The notes beneath the pieces were generated by a model. The model did not search any database and was not told the origin of the DNA. It was given only the letters and a program-made list of their open reading frames with translations. A stretch of DNA of 64,000 nucleotides from Trichosphaerium sp. ATCC 40318 (taxonomy: Eukaryota > Protista > Tubulinea). The stretch spans positions 62,001 through 126,000 of the forward strand of contig JALMLS010000271.1 of the NCBI GenBank assembly GCA_038496445.1. The letters run 5' to 3'. The position numbers and the translations under genes are program-made. Shown here in pieces: positions 12,952 to 25,775 of this stretch. How positions within the stretch are numbered: position 1 is the stretch's first letter; the number at the start of each line of letters is the position of its first letter.

Positions 12952-13199
12952 TTTGTGTTTTTCTGTTTTGTTCTTTTTGTGTTTTCCCGTTAATTAAGAT
13001 TCAGTTAATGATTTGGGATTCATCGGGTTCCGAGATAAATACACATACAAGCAACTTACTTGCTACTAAAAAGTCAAATTCATCTCAATCCTCTTTTTTT
13101 CCATGTTTGTTAACCAGCTTCACTTTGGGTCTAACCGACACCAAAAAGTCGTTAAACGCTTCGTTAACATGTCTACTCAGATCAGACTTATAAGAACGT

Positions 13200-14071
13200 G
13201 CTAGGGCATTGTATTTTTCTCAAAGTTTTAATACTGTATTCAATTGTTGACTTTGTAAGTAACGGAAACACTTTCTTGTCAAAACGGCGCAAGTATCCTC
13301 TTACAAGTTGTTCACATTGCCAAATTACAGATTTTCAAGTACTTCGAAAAATTGAAGTGCTTCCCAAAGCGAAGACTGCTATACAAAGTGTGAACACCAA
13401 CTAAGTACTTAACGCCTTTATCACTATATTTGTGAAGCTAACATCAATCGCATGTACTCCAGCCAATACCTTTATCCCTTCATCTGTGATGTGATGACAC
13501 TTGCGTAAAAAAACTGAATGAACACCAGCTAACGTCCTTGAGTACTTCGTCTGTCACTAAATAAGTCTAATGTATGTATATTGCCTTTAGACCTTCGTCG
13601 TTAACATAAGTGTCTGAGAACCGTATTGTTTTTACTCCAGACAGATGTTTGAGATGATCATAAGTTATACATTTAGTACTACATCTTAACTGATGTAAGT
13701 CAATACTCAACGCATTTAAAAGCTTTAAAATCAGATGGTTTCAGGTTGATATGCCACGTTCATCTTCAAATACAAGACCATACGCTTCTTTGAGGTACTT
13801 TAAATGCTAACGTTCGAAATAAAACTTAATGGATAGAGTGTTTGTCTTGATGAGATGTCGGCAGTTTTTTGAATAGTTTTTTGAGCTTTTGTTTTGATTC
13901 GATGACAATCACTCTTCTGGTTTCATATCCCACGTGTTGTATTGCTATCATTTTTAATAATTTTGATGTACGTACTGTGGAATGTAGATAGAGGGCAAAC
14001 GAATTGTAAAATAATGACAATAAGTTCAACAGGGATATCATCAAGAATGCGCTCTTTGAGTTCATCGCCAT
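13200..14071 (-). pseudogene. Decayed F-box/LRR gene
   Basis: F-box ILDDIPVELIVIILQF, QHVGYE segment and LRR remnants (LAGVHSVFLRKCHHITDEGIKVLAGVHAIDVS) split across frames. Confidence 0.7.
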
Positions 14072-14365
14072 TTATTTTGGATAATAGAATTTGATTATGA
14101 GTAACGTATAGACCAGAGACGAGAACTAACGCGATATTAGCTGCACTGTGACTTAATATTTTTATGGGTACCAAACCTACCTTTGCTGTATCTTGGAACG
14201 TTGTACACACAAGAATGTAAGAGCTGTTGCGACTGAGTTGAAAGTTAAGTGATTCTATTTTACTTGTGTTTCAAGTTAGACATACAAGTAAACAAGGTGA
14301 TACAAAAAACACGTGTTTTTACAGAAGGTGGTTATGTTTTAAATCCAACAATGTTCATCTCTTCT

Positions 14366-15149
14366 TTACATCATAGCACACCGTCTTTTTGTTTTACTAG
14401 GTTTCGGTCGTTCTAAATGTTTTGACATCTCTCGAACAAGTTGATGAAAAGCTTCATGAACATTTGTGTTTGTTTTAGCTGATGTCTCAAAAAAAGGTAT
14501 GCCATAATGTTCTGCAAGCTCTTGTCCTTCAGATGTTTCTACTTGTCTCTCGTCTTTTAAGTCAACTTTGTTACCAACTAATACACCATAGAAAAACTCT
14601 GGGCTCTTAATCCTATCAACAAGTGTAAGATTGACTCTTGGAATTTGTCTAGCTGAAACACTAGTTTTTTTGTCATCTTGGTCTTCACACGTACGTAGTA
14701 ATAGCCTTGCAATACTTTGGTATTTCTTCAAAGGATGTGCGATCTGTAACGGAATACACAATAAGAAACCCTTTCCCATAACGAACGTTCTAAAACAACA
14801 AAGTAAAACTTCCTGCTCAACCAAAAAAAAAACGTGATAGCTTTCGAAAAATACTTACACCATCAAGCATTTCAGAAGGATCTCCTCTACCTGCTGTATC
14901 CAAAATATCCATCGATACCATATAATCATCTACTTTGACTAGTTTGCGGTGTCTAAAAGGAGTGTGGGTCTTTGTAGTTGTCGAAAAAGGTTAACAGGCC
15001 TCAAAATAGCTTAAAACTGGCTAAACCGCGTACCCATCTTCTATAGTCGGGTCATAGGACTCATAAAAGTGATCCACTACAAACCGGAGTACTAGGTTTG
15101 ATTTTCCCACCCCAGGTTCTCCAATAACTGCTATTTTGTACTCTGACAT
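14366..15149 (-). CDS. Ras-family small GTPase (4 exons) with CaaX
   Basis: [17 protein letters not shown]...YDPTIEDG|HRK...[16 protein letters not shown]|[22 protein letters not shown]...GNKVDL...FETSAK...KRRCAMM*. Confidence 0.92.
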
Positions 15150-15519
15150 CAATGGTATAGCTGGAGTGTGTTTGAATGTCGTAATTTTGTATCCACCAAT
15201 ATTTATAAATAGAATTCACTGAACTAATTTAAACGAGCACGAATATAAGAAGAAGTTCAAGTTGTGTACTGTATCTATGTTGGCTGGTTCTTCCTATGAA
15301 CAGTTTGTTATTTACGCTACCAAAAAATTGACAAAAACAACAATAAAATCTTGAAAGAGTAAGCTTGTGAATGCGACTCACTACTTCGTCTTTTCTACCT
15401 CTTAATTTCATCCTTTGGCTGCCTTCGTTTTCTGCCAAACCAAGACAGCTGTCACTACCTTGCTTGACGATCTAGGTTAAACAGCGATGTGCTTAGTACC
15501 CGTGTGTTAAATTAAATTG

Positions 15520-16040
15520 GTTGCCAAAAGTGTGTTTAGTTGAGAGTATCTTTAGCTTATCAGTAAAAGGTATGTACAATACTCTATCTAATGCAGCACT
15601 GTAAATCAATCCAAAAGCATCACTTCCAAATTCAGGATTATCACATGCTATCAAAAGATCATTAGTTTATCAGGACATCCTATTCTGTCGGAAAGTGATC
15701 GATAATCAAATCCTGTTACTCCAAAACCTTTTCTTGCGATTAAAGTCTCAATCACACGTTGAGGTGCTATGGTTGGTGGTGAAGTTGGCATGACAGGAGG
15801 CATTGTTGTATCATCTGGTGGTGGCGGTTCGTAGGTCCTTCGAGTAATATTGCAGATATGCCACCTCCATTTAGAGGTAACGATGTTGTAATCCTTTTCG
15901 TGCTGATAAAGACGTTGTAAAATCGGTTATCGTTGTTGATAAGCGTCTGACTACTTTAGGCATGTTGCTGTTGATAAGGCAACACAAGTAATAAGGCGTC
16001 TTTAATTCTGGACATATCCTTGTGATTGATCCATGTAGCG
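15520..16040. pseudogene. Scrambled fragments of the tandem-domain secreted family
   Basis: Minus-strand remnant (LPLNGGGISA, PPPDDTTMPP, GFDYR, CDNPEF; frameshifted) at about 15520-15935, next to a plus-strand remnant (VAVDKATQV...VIDP) at about 15960-16035. Confidence 0.7.
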
Positions 16041-16434
16041 TTTATTTAGCACGTGTACTATCATTGGAAAAACAAAAAAGCGTTGCTAAGTTATAACTTA
16101 ACGTGATAATTTGTTAACTTGGCTTTATACATGTTTGTGGGATACAGTTTCTGTAGGCAACTCAATGTGTACAATTTGCAAGGTACAAGATTACAGGGAC
16201 ACCAAATGGTATTGAGCTTCAGAGTTCTTTTGGTACTGCTGTACGCTATTCGCAGGCTCAATGTTTTTGACATTATTGTATCTACCAAGCCTTTTGTGAT
16301 AACGTAGCGCTATAATCCAACGATACGTTTGACTGCAACTTACACAGCTTACTAGGAGTGATGGCAAATTAACTTGTATTTCAATACCAACTAAACAATC
16401 GATTGTGGCAATCGTCTTACAGTTGTTACAAGTA

Positions 16435-18371
16435 TTATACTATTGATTGTGACAATCGCCTTACACACCGCTCTCTATCAACAAATGCTGGTGCTACAGG
16501 TGGAGGTGGTGGATCGTAATTAAATGCAGATATACCAAAGCTTGTTGTTGCATCAATATCAAAGGCAGTTACAGTATCAGTGGTGATGTCAATAGAGATG
16601 TAAGTTCCACCAAAACAAGCAGCAACCAATGTACTTGATGATATTGATGTTAAACCTGAATAAATTGTAAGTTGTACAAACTCTACACACTACACAATGT
16701 ATGTGAACAACTTACTACTAACAAAGCAATCACCAACATCAATTGATCGTGAAGATTCACATGACCCGGACAGAAAGTCAGGCAGCACATCCATAGGAAC
16801 ACCAGCAGTACCAGCATATAGAGTACCATCAATGATTTCTCCTGTTACAATAAAGTATATTAGTAACTAACACATTTGTGATTGGTTTTTAAATACACGT
16901 GCCACTTAAGGTATTTATAGCACGTGCGACACAACTCATAGTATATTTACAACTTTCAGAAATCAACTTCATAAATAAATGTTGCTAATCCCTGTGCAAA
17001 TATTCTTCCACTCTCTTTATCTGTCAGCAAAGCCATTCTAGCACTGGTGGCACATATTTTATCCTTTAAAATTAGTTCACAGTAATAGTTAATACAACTT
17101 ACAATTTCACACGTGTAAGGATTGACTGAGAATATCTTTCGGATATCACCAGCAGGAATGTACAAGATTCTATCAAGTACATTATTGTAAATCAATGCGT
17201 ATGGATCCATTTCAAATTCAGGATTATCACATGCTATTAATAGATCATTAGTTGGGCGGATGGCAATTGAAAAGTATTCGTACATCCTAAAATAGTGGTT
17301 GTGTCTGAAATCAAGCGATAATCAAATCCTGGTATTCCTTCTCCTTTTGATGTGATAAAAGCATCAATCACACCACGCTGAGGCGCTATTGTTGGAGGCG
17401 GCGTTGGAATGACAGGAGGCATTGTTGTATCATCTGGTGGCGGCGGTGTCATAGTTCCATCAAAAAATAGTGCAGAAATGCCACCTCCATTTAGAGGTAA
17501 CGATGTTGTAAATTGAGTTATCGTTGATGTTCCAATGTCTAAAGAAAAGTAGCTATTTTGAGAAACGATAATAATTTGATTATCTGATACTGCAGTAATG
17601 TCTAGGTAACGAATAGTAAGCACAAAAGGAGAACGAAAAGTAGTAAAGTGTGTACCTCCTGAAAAAAAGAAGCCAGGGTTGTCCACTATTTCAGTAAGGA
17701 CACAAGCCATAGGTCCTGTTAGTGGTGCTATACCTAGTTTTCTATCATTTCCAGAAATGTACAATGTATCACCGATTATCTCCACTAAATAATAACGTGA
17801 ATTACATTGATTGAAATAGGCCTTTATATAAACGTACTATTGTTTACAACAATCCCAATATCAGTTATGTCTACTTGACAAACAGGACGGAATGAGCAAT
17901 CTGTTGGATCTATCACAGCAATACCACCATCTCCTACAAGGCCATATAATATTTGTGTTGCCCTATTCACAGCAATACTTGAAAACGGAACTAAACAAGT
18001 ATTCTAAAAAGAAAATCAAATTAACCTTCTTACCCTCCTAAGGAAGCGTACCTTTACTTCACACGTGTGTGGATCTACCTGTATTAATGCATACGGTGAT
18101 AATGTGATTATAAATAGTGTATTCGTGGATTGCAAATACGCTGCTAAACTGAACACACCCAGGTGGTCACATGCTAAAAAATGTAAGAATACTCTCACAC
18201 TTCGGTAAAATGTCTAGTACCTTGTAGAACCATTGTTGGATCATCCATTGATCGTATTTCAAACCCTGTTTCCAGTCCATCTTTAATTACAAATGCGTTA
18301 TTATCTTGAGAGAGCGTATACGCAAATAAACAAGATAGAACGAGGAATAATAAAGGTGTTGTTGTGTTCAT
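16435..18371 (-). CDS. Secreted tandem-domain family, copy B
   Basis: MNTTTPLLFLVLSCLFAYTLSQ signal peptide, family exon structure, PPPPDDTTMPPVIPTPPPTIAP linker, C-terminus PAFVDRERCVRRLSQSIV*. Confidence 0.85.
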
Positions 18372-18884
18372 TTGAGTGTTGTTACACGTAGTAGAAATTA
18401 CTTCAAATACAAATGGAAAAAAACCTTCATTGAGAAGTGACACTTGCAGTTCACAATGTGTCATTTGTCTCCTTTTTTCTGTTAATGTTTTGAAGTTCAC
18501 GTTCAGGTTCAATTGGAAAAGTTTACCTTATTCACACGTGATAGTTTGTAAATAGATTTTGCGTGTAGTAAATATGCGACATAACCTCATACTTTTAGAA
18601 CAACAGAAAAGTGCCAGTTTTTGCAAATGTTAGGAGCTCCTTTACATCTTGTAAATATCTGACTCCTTGCTAGAAAGACATGCGTTTGTCACGTTAACCC
18701 AATCAACTTAACCGCAACAGTTTTCAGTCCCAATTAAATATGTTTGTACAGATACAATCCAATAATAAGTAACGGATATAAATGATACTTCTTGTAGATA
18801 TGGAAACCCGAATGTGAACATAAGTGTCAGTAGTCATGAAGTTTTTTTTCCGTTGTGGGTTTGAACTTTCTGTTCTGCGCAACA

Positions 18885-19370
18885 AACACTCAAACCTCTA
18901 TTATTCCTTTCTATCTTGTTTAGTCGCCTACATACTCTCTCAAGATAATAACATGTATACAATTCGAGGTGGAGCCGGGTTCGACGATCAATGGATGATC
19001 CTACAATGGTTCTACAAAGTAACAAAAAAACTTGCACAGAAACTCCATACTTACAACTTCATACTGTTTAGCCTGCGCCCATGCTGGCTCTATCACCCTT
19101 TCAATAGCCTATTTGCCATCAACACATACACTACTTTATAAAAGATAGTCCCACTGTTAGCCTTAATAGATAAACACATGCACAGTAAAGGTATGGAGAT
19201 AAATAGGTTGCTATTTCGGTTTCTGTTCAGAACATGCATGGCTTGAGCGCTGTAGTTGGTAACCTTGCCATTGATAAGGAAACACAGCTACTTTATGTTG
19301 TATCGGAAATGGCGATGTTGTTGTGATTGATCAAACAGATAGGTCGGTCTGTACTTTTTGCAGTACAGAC
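18885..19370 (+). pseudogene. 5' fragment of the tandem-domain family (ATG lost, frameshifts)
   Basis: SCLVAYILSQDNN, MDDPTMVLQ, YLPSTHTL and LAIDKETQLLY remnants in different frames. Confidence 0.7.
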
Positions 19371-19633
19371 ATAAAATCGCTGAAAATTATTCTTTTAAAA
19401 TTGTTGGCTTTTCCCTAAACTGCAGTAAAATACTGCTACCACGTATCACCAAAAATAAGCACTGTCTATCGAAGTGTCTGAGCACGTGAATACTCTAAAT
19501 CTCACCACAAGTGCGGTTACAACGGTTTTTCACAAGTTTTTGAGCGGTAAGTGAGATGTTTCAAATCACGTGAGTGTTAGAGATTTGCGGGAAAACTGCG
19601 AATCAAGTGTTTTTATTCGCCCTAAACAACACA

Positions 19634-21632
19634 ATGAACACTGTAGCGCCGTTCGTAATTCTATCATGTTTACTGGCGTACACGCTCTCTCAAGATAATA
19701 ACGCGTTCGTAGTTAACAATGACCTGACAGGGTATGAAATACGATCAATGGCGGATCCAACAATGGTTTTTCAAAGTACTAAACATTTTCAAACATTTTC
19801 GCTTCCCAAAATTGAAGACTTCGTATGTATTTAAGTCTAAAGCACTTCATTTAGCATGTGACACCCCAGTATTCACTCAAACACCGCTTTCAATGTCTTA
19901 TTTGCCATCTACAAGTACACTATTTATAAAAGGAAGGGATACGTTGTTTCAAGTAGATCCACGCACGTGTGAAGTAAAGGTACGCTCCTTTTGGGTCACA
20001 ATAACACTATCGTAATATTTATTTTACATTTAGAATTCTTGTGCATTAAGCCGTATTTTTGAGCTTATTGCTGTGGATAAGGCAACACAAATACTATATG
20101 GCATAACAGAAGTAGGTTTCGTTTCCGTGATTGATCCGAATGACTGCTCTTTTTGTCACTATTGCCAAGACATAGCAATCATGGGAGTCACCATCGGAAG
20201 TGAGTCTTCTTCAAATCTTGTGGGTTTTTTTATGTTCGCTAATTCTTGGTTTGTTTAACAGTTGAGATAATCGGTGATACTTTGTACTTTGCTACCCAGG
20301 AAAGATTTTTTATAGCACCACTAACAGGACCTATGGCATGCGTTGTTACCGAAACAGTTGACTTTCCATCACGTGTTCTCACAAAAGGTGACGTGTTTGG
20401 ATTTTCAGTCAATTGTATATTGTTGTACTTATGTGTTACCTAGGTATTACTGCAATATCAGATGATCAAATCATTGGCTTTAATATCGCTTCTAACACGT
20501 ATTTTATTTTGGATATTTCTACATCAATGATAACTCAGTTCACAACAACATTGCCTGAACGACCAGGTGGCATTTCTGCACTATTTTTTGCAGGAACTTT
20601 GCCACCGCCTCCTCCTCCAGATGATACGACAATGCCTCCTGTAATGCCAACTCCTCCACCAACAATAGCGCCTCAAGGAGGTGTGATTGATGCTTTAATC
20701 ACAGCCAAAGGAGAAGGGAACCCAGGATTTGATTCTCGCTCACTTTCAGACACAACCACTATTTTAGGATGTACGAATATACTTCGATTATATCATGATC
20801 CAACTAATGATCTTTTGATAGCATGTGATAACCCTGAACTTGGAAATAGACCGTTTGGAATGGAGTACAGTGCTGTATTTGATAAAGTGTTGTACATACC
20901 TTTCAATGACGACCGACAGCTGCTCTCAGTCAATCCTTATACTTGTGAAATTGTATGTCACAATTAACAGCTACATTATTACGTGATTGTCTTACACTCT
21001 TGCTTTAGGAAAAAACATGTATTACTAGTATTCCGCTTACTGATTTGATGATTGATAAAGAGAGTGGAAGAATATTTGCACAGGGATTAGCACCATTTAT
21101 TTATGAAGTTGATTTTGAAAACTGTAAATTTGTCATTCTTTGTCAGCATCCAACAATAGGCCTTGGTTTTGGTGGTATGAGTTTTTATATCAAAAAAAAG
21201 ACACGTGTTTAGTTTACTAATATAACTTAAACAGGTGAAATTGCTGATGGTGTTCTATACCTCAGTAGTGGTAATTCTATAGAAGCTGTACCAGATTTTC
21301 TATCTGGGTCATGTACATCATCACGCACAATTAGTGCAGGAGATTGTACCATTGCTGGTACGATTCAAACTACCTCTCACTCGTACATGTGTTTCTGTTG
21401 TACAACTCACAATTTCTGTTTAGGTTTAACATCACCAACAGTGAACACTTTAATTGCTTCTTGCCAAGACAGGTCGTATATATCTATTGATATTACTTCT
21501 ACTGATGTTATTGAATTGGATATTGATGCACCTGTGAGCTTTGGTTTTTCTGCGTTTAATTTCAATCCTCCTGTACCAGTAGCACCAGCATTTGTAGATA
21601 AAGAACGTTGTGTAAGACGATTGTCACAATAA
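19634..21632 (+). CDS. Secreted tandem-domain family, copy C (9 exons)
   Basis: Signal peptide MNTVAPFVILSCLLAYTLSQ; 8 GT-AG introns traced; ends PAFVDKERCVRRLSQ*. Confidence 0.85.
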
Positions 21633-22241
21633 AACTAGTATTCTAAATTCAAAAATCGTCCTAACACCACTTGTTGAAGTGGTGGTACACGTGATTGATA
21701 GATATCATCACATGATACTACCGAAAGAAGTAGGCCAATTATTGATGTTTAAGTACTCATAAAGCACACCAAAAACAACTTAATGCGAGGCTAATACTTC
21801 ATTCAGTGCAATAGAAAGATAACACAATCGGTACTTGCTACTAATCACTGTTTTGCTTCAAGATTGGCACGATATTAGACGTTATTTCATCAGTGTTTGT
21901 AAAGCAGCATGGTAAATGTGGTAAAGAGGCCAATACAAGAGTAAACTTCTAATATTGTCACGTGGGAACGGCATGTGGATGAATGTAAAGAATATGCGAA
22001 CAGCGAAGAACTGTAGAAAATTGGAGACAAATGACAGTTCTTGTAAATATGGAAACTCAATGTGAACTGTAAGTGTCACTTCTCAACGACTGCTTTTTTT
22101 TTTTGAACCTTCTTTTTTATAGCTTCTGCTTTATTCACACGTGATATCTCAAGTTCAACAATCAGGTAATATAAAGAGCTTTTGTATTTAACAGAATAGT
22201 AGTAAATATGTGAAACTGTTTTTTTTTGAAGTTTAAACACG

Positions 22242-24050
22242 ATGAACGAATCAACAGCTACCTTATTCTTCGTTCTATTATCTTTATTTGCATGTACACT
22301 CTCTCAAGGTTATAACGCGTTGGCTTTCGGTAACAGTTTAAGAGATCCGATCAAAGGGTTTCAAATACGAGCACTAGATGACCCAACAATGGTTCTACAA
22401 AGTAATACAAGTTTTCCTCCAAAAACACACCTCAAGAGTTTTAAAGCTCACTTCATCTAGCGTGTACATACCCAGATGATTCTGATTTTAAGCCGTTTTC
22501 AATGACATATTTACCAGCAACAAATACACTGTACGGAAGAGGCTCTCAAACACTGTTTCAAATAGATCCACGCACGTGTGAAGTAAAGGTAACACTCTAA
22601 CTTTTGTTACCGTAAAAATGTTAATTACTTTTTAAGCATTCTTGCCCTCTTAGCATTCACTTTCAAGGCATTGCTGTGGACAAGGCAACGCAAGTATTGT
22701 ACGGCATTGATATTAGGGGTTTTGTTGGTGTGATTGATCCGAACGACTGCTCTTTTTGTCATCACTGTAAATTGGATACACCAGATCTTGAGTTTACTAC
22801 TGGAAGTGCGATTTTTTTGTATTTTAATGTTGTGTTTAAGTTCTAATCAATTCGTTTTGAAAACAGTTGAGATACTAGATGATACCTTGTATATTTCAGG
22901 AGATCCTCGTTTTGGTATAGCTCCATTAACAGGACCTATGGCTTGTATTGTTACTCAAACAATAGATTATCCTGAGGAACCAATAGTAACAGGTACAGTT
23001 TTTGTTGGATTTAGTAAATGGTTATATATTTGTGCACTAATGTTGTATTGTTTACTCATTATTTGTTACCTAGATATCACTGCAATATCAGATGATCAAA
23101 TCATTGGATATATTCGATCAGACACTATTGACTCAAGTGGCTATTCTTTGGATATCGGTACCTCAACGATAACTAGATTTACACCAGTATTGTCAGGTCG
23201 TGGCATTTCTGCACTATTTTTTGAAGGAACTTTGCCACCGCCACCTCCTCCAGATGATACAACAATGCCTCCTGTTGCACCGATCATTCCAACACCACCT
23301 CCAACAATAGCGCCTCAAGGTGGTGTGATTAATGCTTTTATCGTGGGGAAAGGAGAAACAATACCTGGATTTGATTATCGCTTGATTTCAGACACAACCA
23401 CTATTTTAGGATGTACGTTCTAATACTTTTTGATTATGCCATGATCCAACTAATGATCTCTTGATAGCATGTGATAACCTTGAATTTGAAACAGATCCGG
23501 TTGGATTGGAGTACAGCGCTGTACTTGATAAAGTGTTGTATGCAAACAAAAACCAAGAGATATTCTCCGTCAATCCTTACACTTGTGAAATTGTACGTAA
23601 TATTCTTGAAAGCTTACATTAGTTCTTATTCCTTTGTTCTAGGACACAAGATGTATCGTTAATGCAAGAGTATCAGGGTTAATGATAGAAAAAGACAGTG
23701 GTAGAATATTCATGGAGGCTATAGGCAGGAGCTCTTTTGAACTCGACTTAGAGAACTGCAAAGTAAATGTTGCATGCAGTGATAAGGAAATCTCTACTAT
23801 TAGTGGTACTTTTATTGATGGTGTTCTGTACCTTGGACGATTTTTATTTTTTGTCGTGGTTGCACCTGATTTTCTATCAATTGGATCGTGTTCACCACAA
23901 CGTATAATTAACATAGGAAGTTGCCAAATTGGCGGTAAGTCTAACACGTGTTTTTTTTTATTTTCATATTTATTTATTTTAGGTTTAACATCAATATCAC
24001 CAACAAATTTAATTGTTACTTGTGTAGCTGGAAATTATCTCTCCGTTTGA
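22242..24050 (+). CDS. Secreted tandem-domain family, copy D (3'-truncated)
   Basis: Family motifs run to TCVAGNYLSV* and then meet the opposite-strand copy E; the C-terminal tag is missing. Confidence 0.75.
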
Positions 24051-25647
24051 AAATCACGTGCAGCTGTAACTGTATTACCACCACTGTATAGAACACCATC
24101 AACAATAGCTCCTGTTCATTAAAGGGTTTGGTTAGTATAAACACGTGATAAGTTTTTTAAGCACGTGCCAGATGAAGCCAAAGTTGTTTCGTCATTGCAA
24201 TATGTTCTAAACTTACAAGTTTCAAAGTCCTCAAGTTCAATAACAAAAGTACTGATGCCACTCTGTCCGAATATCCTCCCACTTGCTTTATCTACTAGCA
24301 ATCCAAAAATGTTGGTACTGATGATGCACATGTTATCCTATTGCATAGAGTAGATAAGACTCAAATAATTAAAATATGACATACAATTTGACAAGTATAA
24401 GGATTGATTGAGAATATCCTTTGATTTCCGTTTATATACAATACTCTATCAAGTGCAGCACTGTATTCCATTGCGAAAGGATCTGTTACCAATTCAGGAA
24501 TATCACATGCTATCAATAGAATTAGTTGGATGTCAGAGATTCAAGTATCCTACTCCGTTCAATATCACCAAGTTCTGAAAGTATGCGAAAATCAAACCCT
24601 GGTACTCCAGGACCCTTTCCGGTGATTATAGTATCAATCACCCCACCCTGAGGAGCCATTGTCGGAGGTGGTGTTGGCATGGCCGGTGCAACAGGAGGCA
24701 TTGTTGTGTCTGGTTGTGATCCAAAGGTGAATGAAGCAAGCCCACCATCTCGCTGAGGCAACGATGTTGTAAAATCAGTTATCATTAAGTTAATAACATC
24801 CACAGATAACATTCCTTGTTGAAACGAAGTAGAAGCAATTATTTGGTTATCAGATATTGCTGCAATGTCTAGATAGAATGAGTAAGAAAAGAGCCTTAAA
24901 TCAATTAAAAAAAAAGCTGTTACAACCTTCTATGAATTTCGGTCCTCCGGGATAAGCCAAAGTTTGAGTTGCAGCGCAAGGCATTGGACCTGTTAAACTA
25001 AACACTCCAAAGGCAATATTACCAGCTATATATAGTGTATCTCCAATTATCTCGACTATTACAAACCATCAACCAAAATAGTTTACTATTAAAACTCACT
25101 TCCATAAGTAAATGGTCCAGTGTTTGAACGGTCCAGTTCACAAAAGTGACAAAATGAGCAGTCCGTCGTATCAATCTCGGCTATAAACCCGTTTTGTGTA
25201 AGACCATAGATTACTTGAGTATTCCTATCGATAGCTATACTAGCAAACCCAGAAATCAAAGGACAAGAGCGCTATCACAAATAACATCGGTTAATTAACC
25301 CAAAAAAAGTTGTTTATTGTTATCGTACTTTTATTACACACGTGTCTGGATTTATTTGAGATAACTCATTAACCGTTTTTACGAATAGTGTACGTGTTGA
25401 CGGTAAATAAGACATTGAAATTGGGTTATCAGTAAACGTTGTGCCGGAACAAGCTAGAATGACCTTAGAACTTAAAAAACTTTTGAAAAATTGCTGTACT
25501 GTTATGTACTGATAGTGGATCAGCCCTTTCCCGTATTTCAAACCCTCTATTATTGGTTGTGGTTATTATGAACGCATCAGATTCTTGCGCGAAGGTATAC
25601 GCGAAATACAAAGGTAACAGGTAGAGTAATAAAGCTTTTGGTTTCAT
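24035..25647 (-). CDS. Secreted tandem-domain family, copy E (divergent; 3'-truncated)
   Basis: MKPKALLLYLLPLYFAYTFAQ signal, GFEIR, INPDTCVIK, EIIGDTLY, GFDFR; ends DGVLYSGGNTVTAARDFQTER*, overlapping copy D. Confidence 0.75.
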
Positions 25648-25775
25648 TTTGTAGTTATTAATTCACTTCTTCCACAAAAAAAAGTCAATAACGATTCTTT
25701 ATACCTCTGACCACCCCTCTTACAACCTTACTTATAGGCGTTGTTCGGAAGAAAATTTTTTTTATTACAAACACG

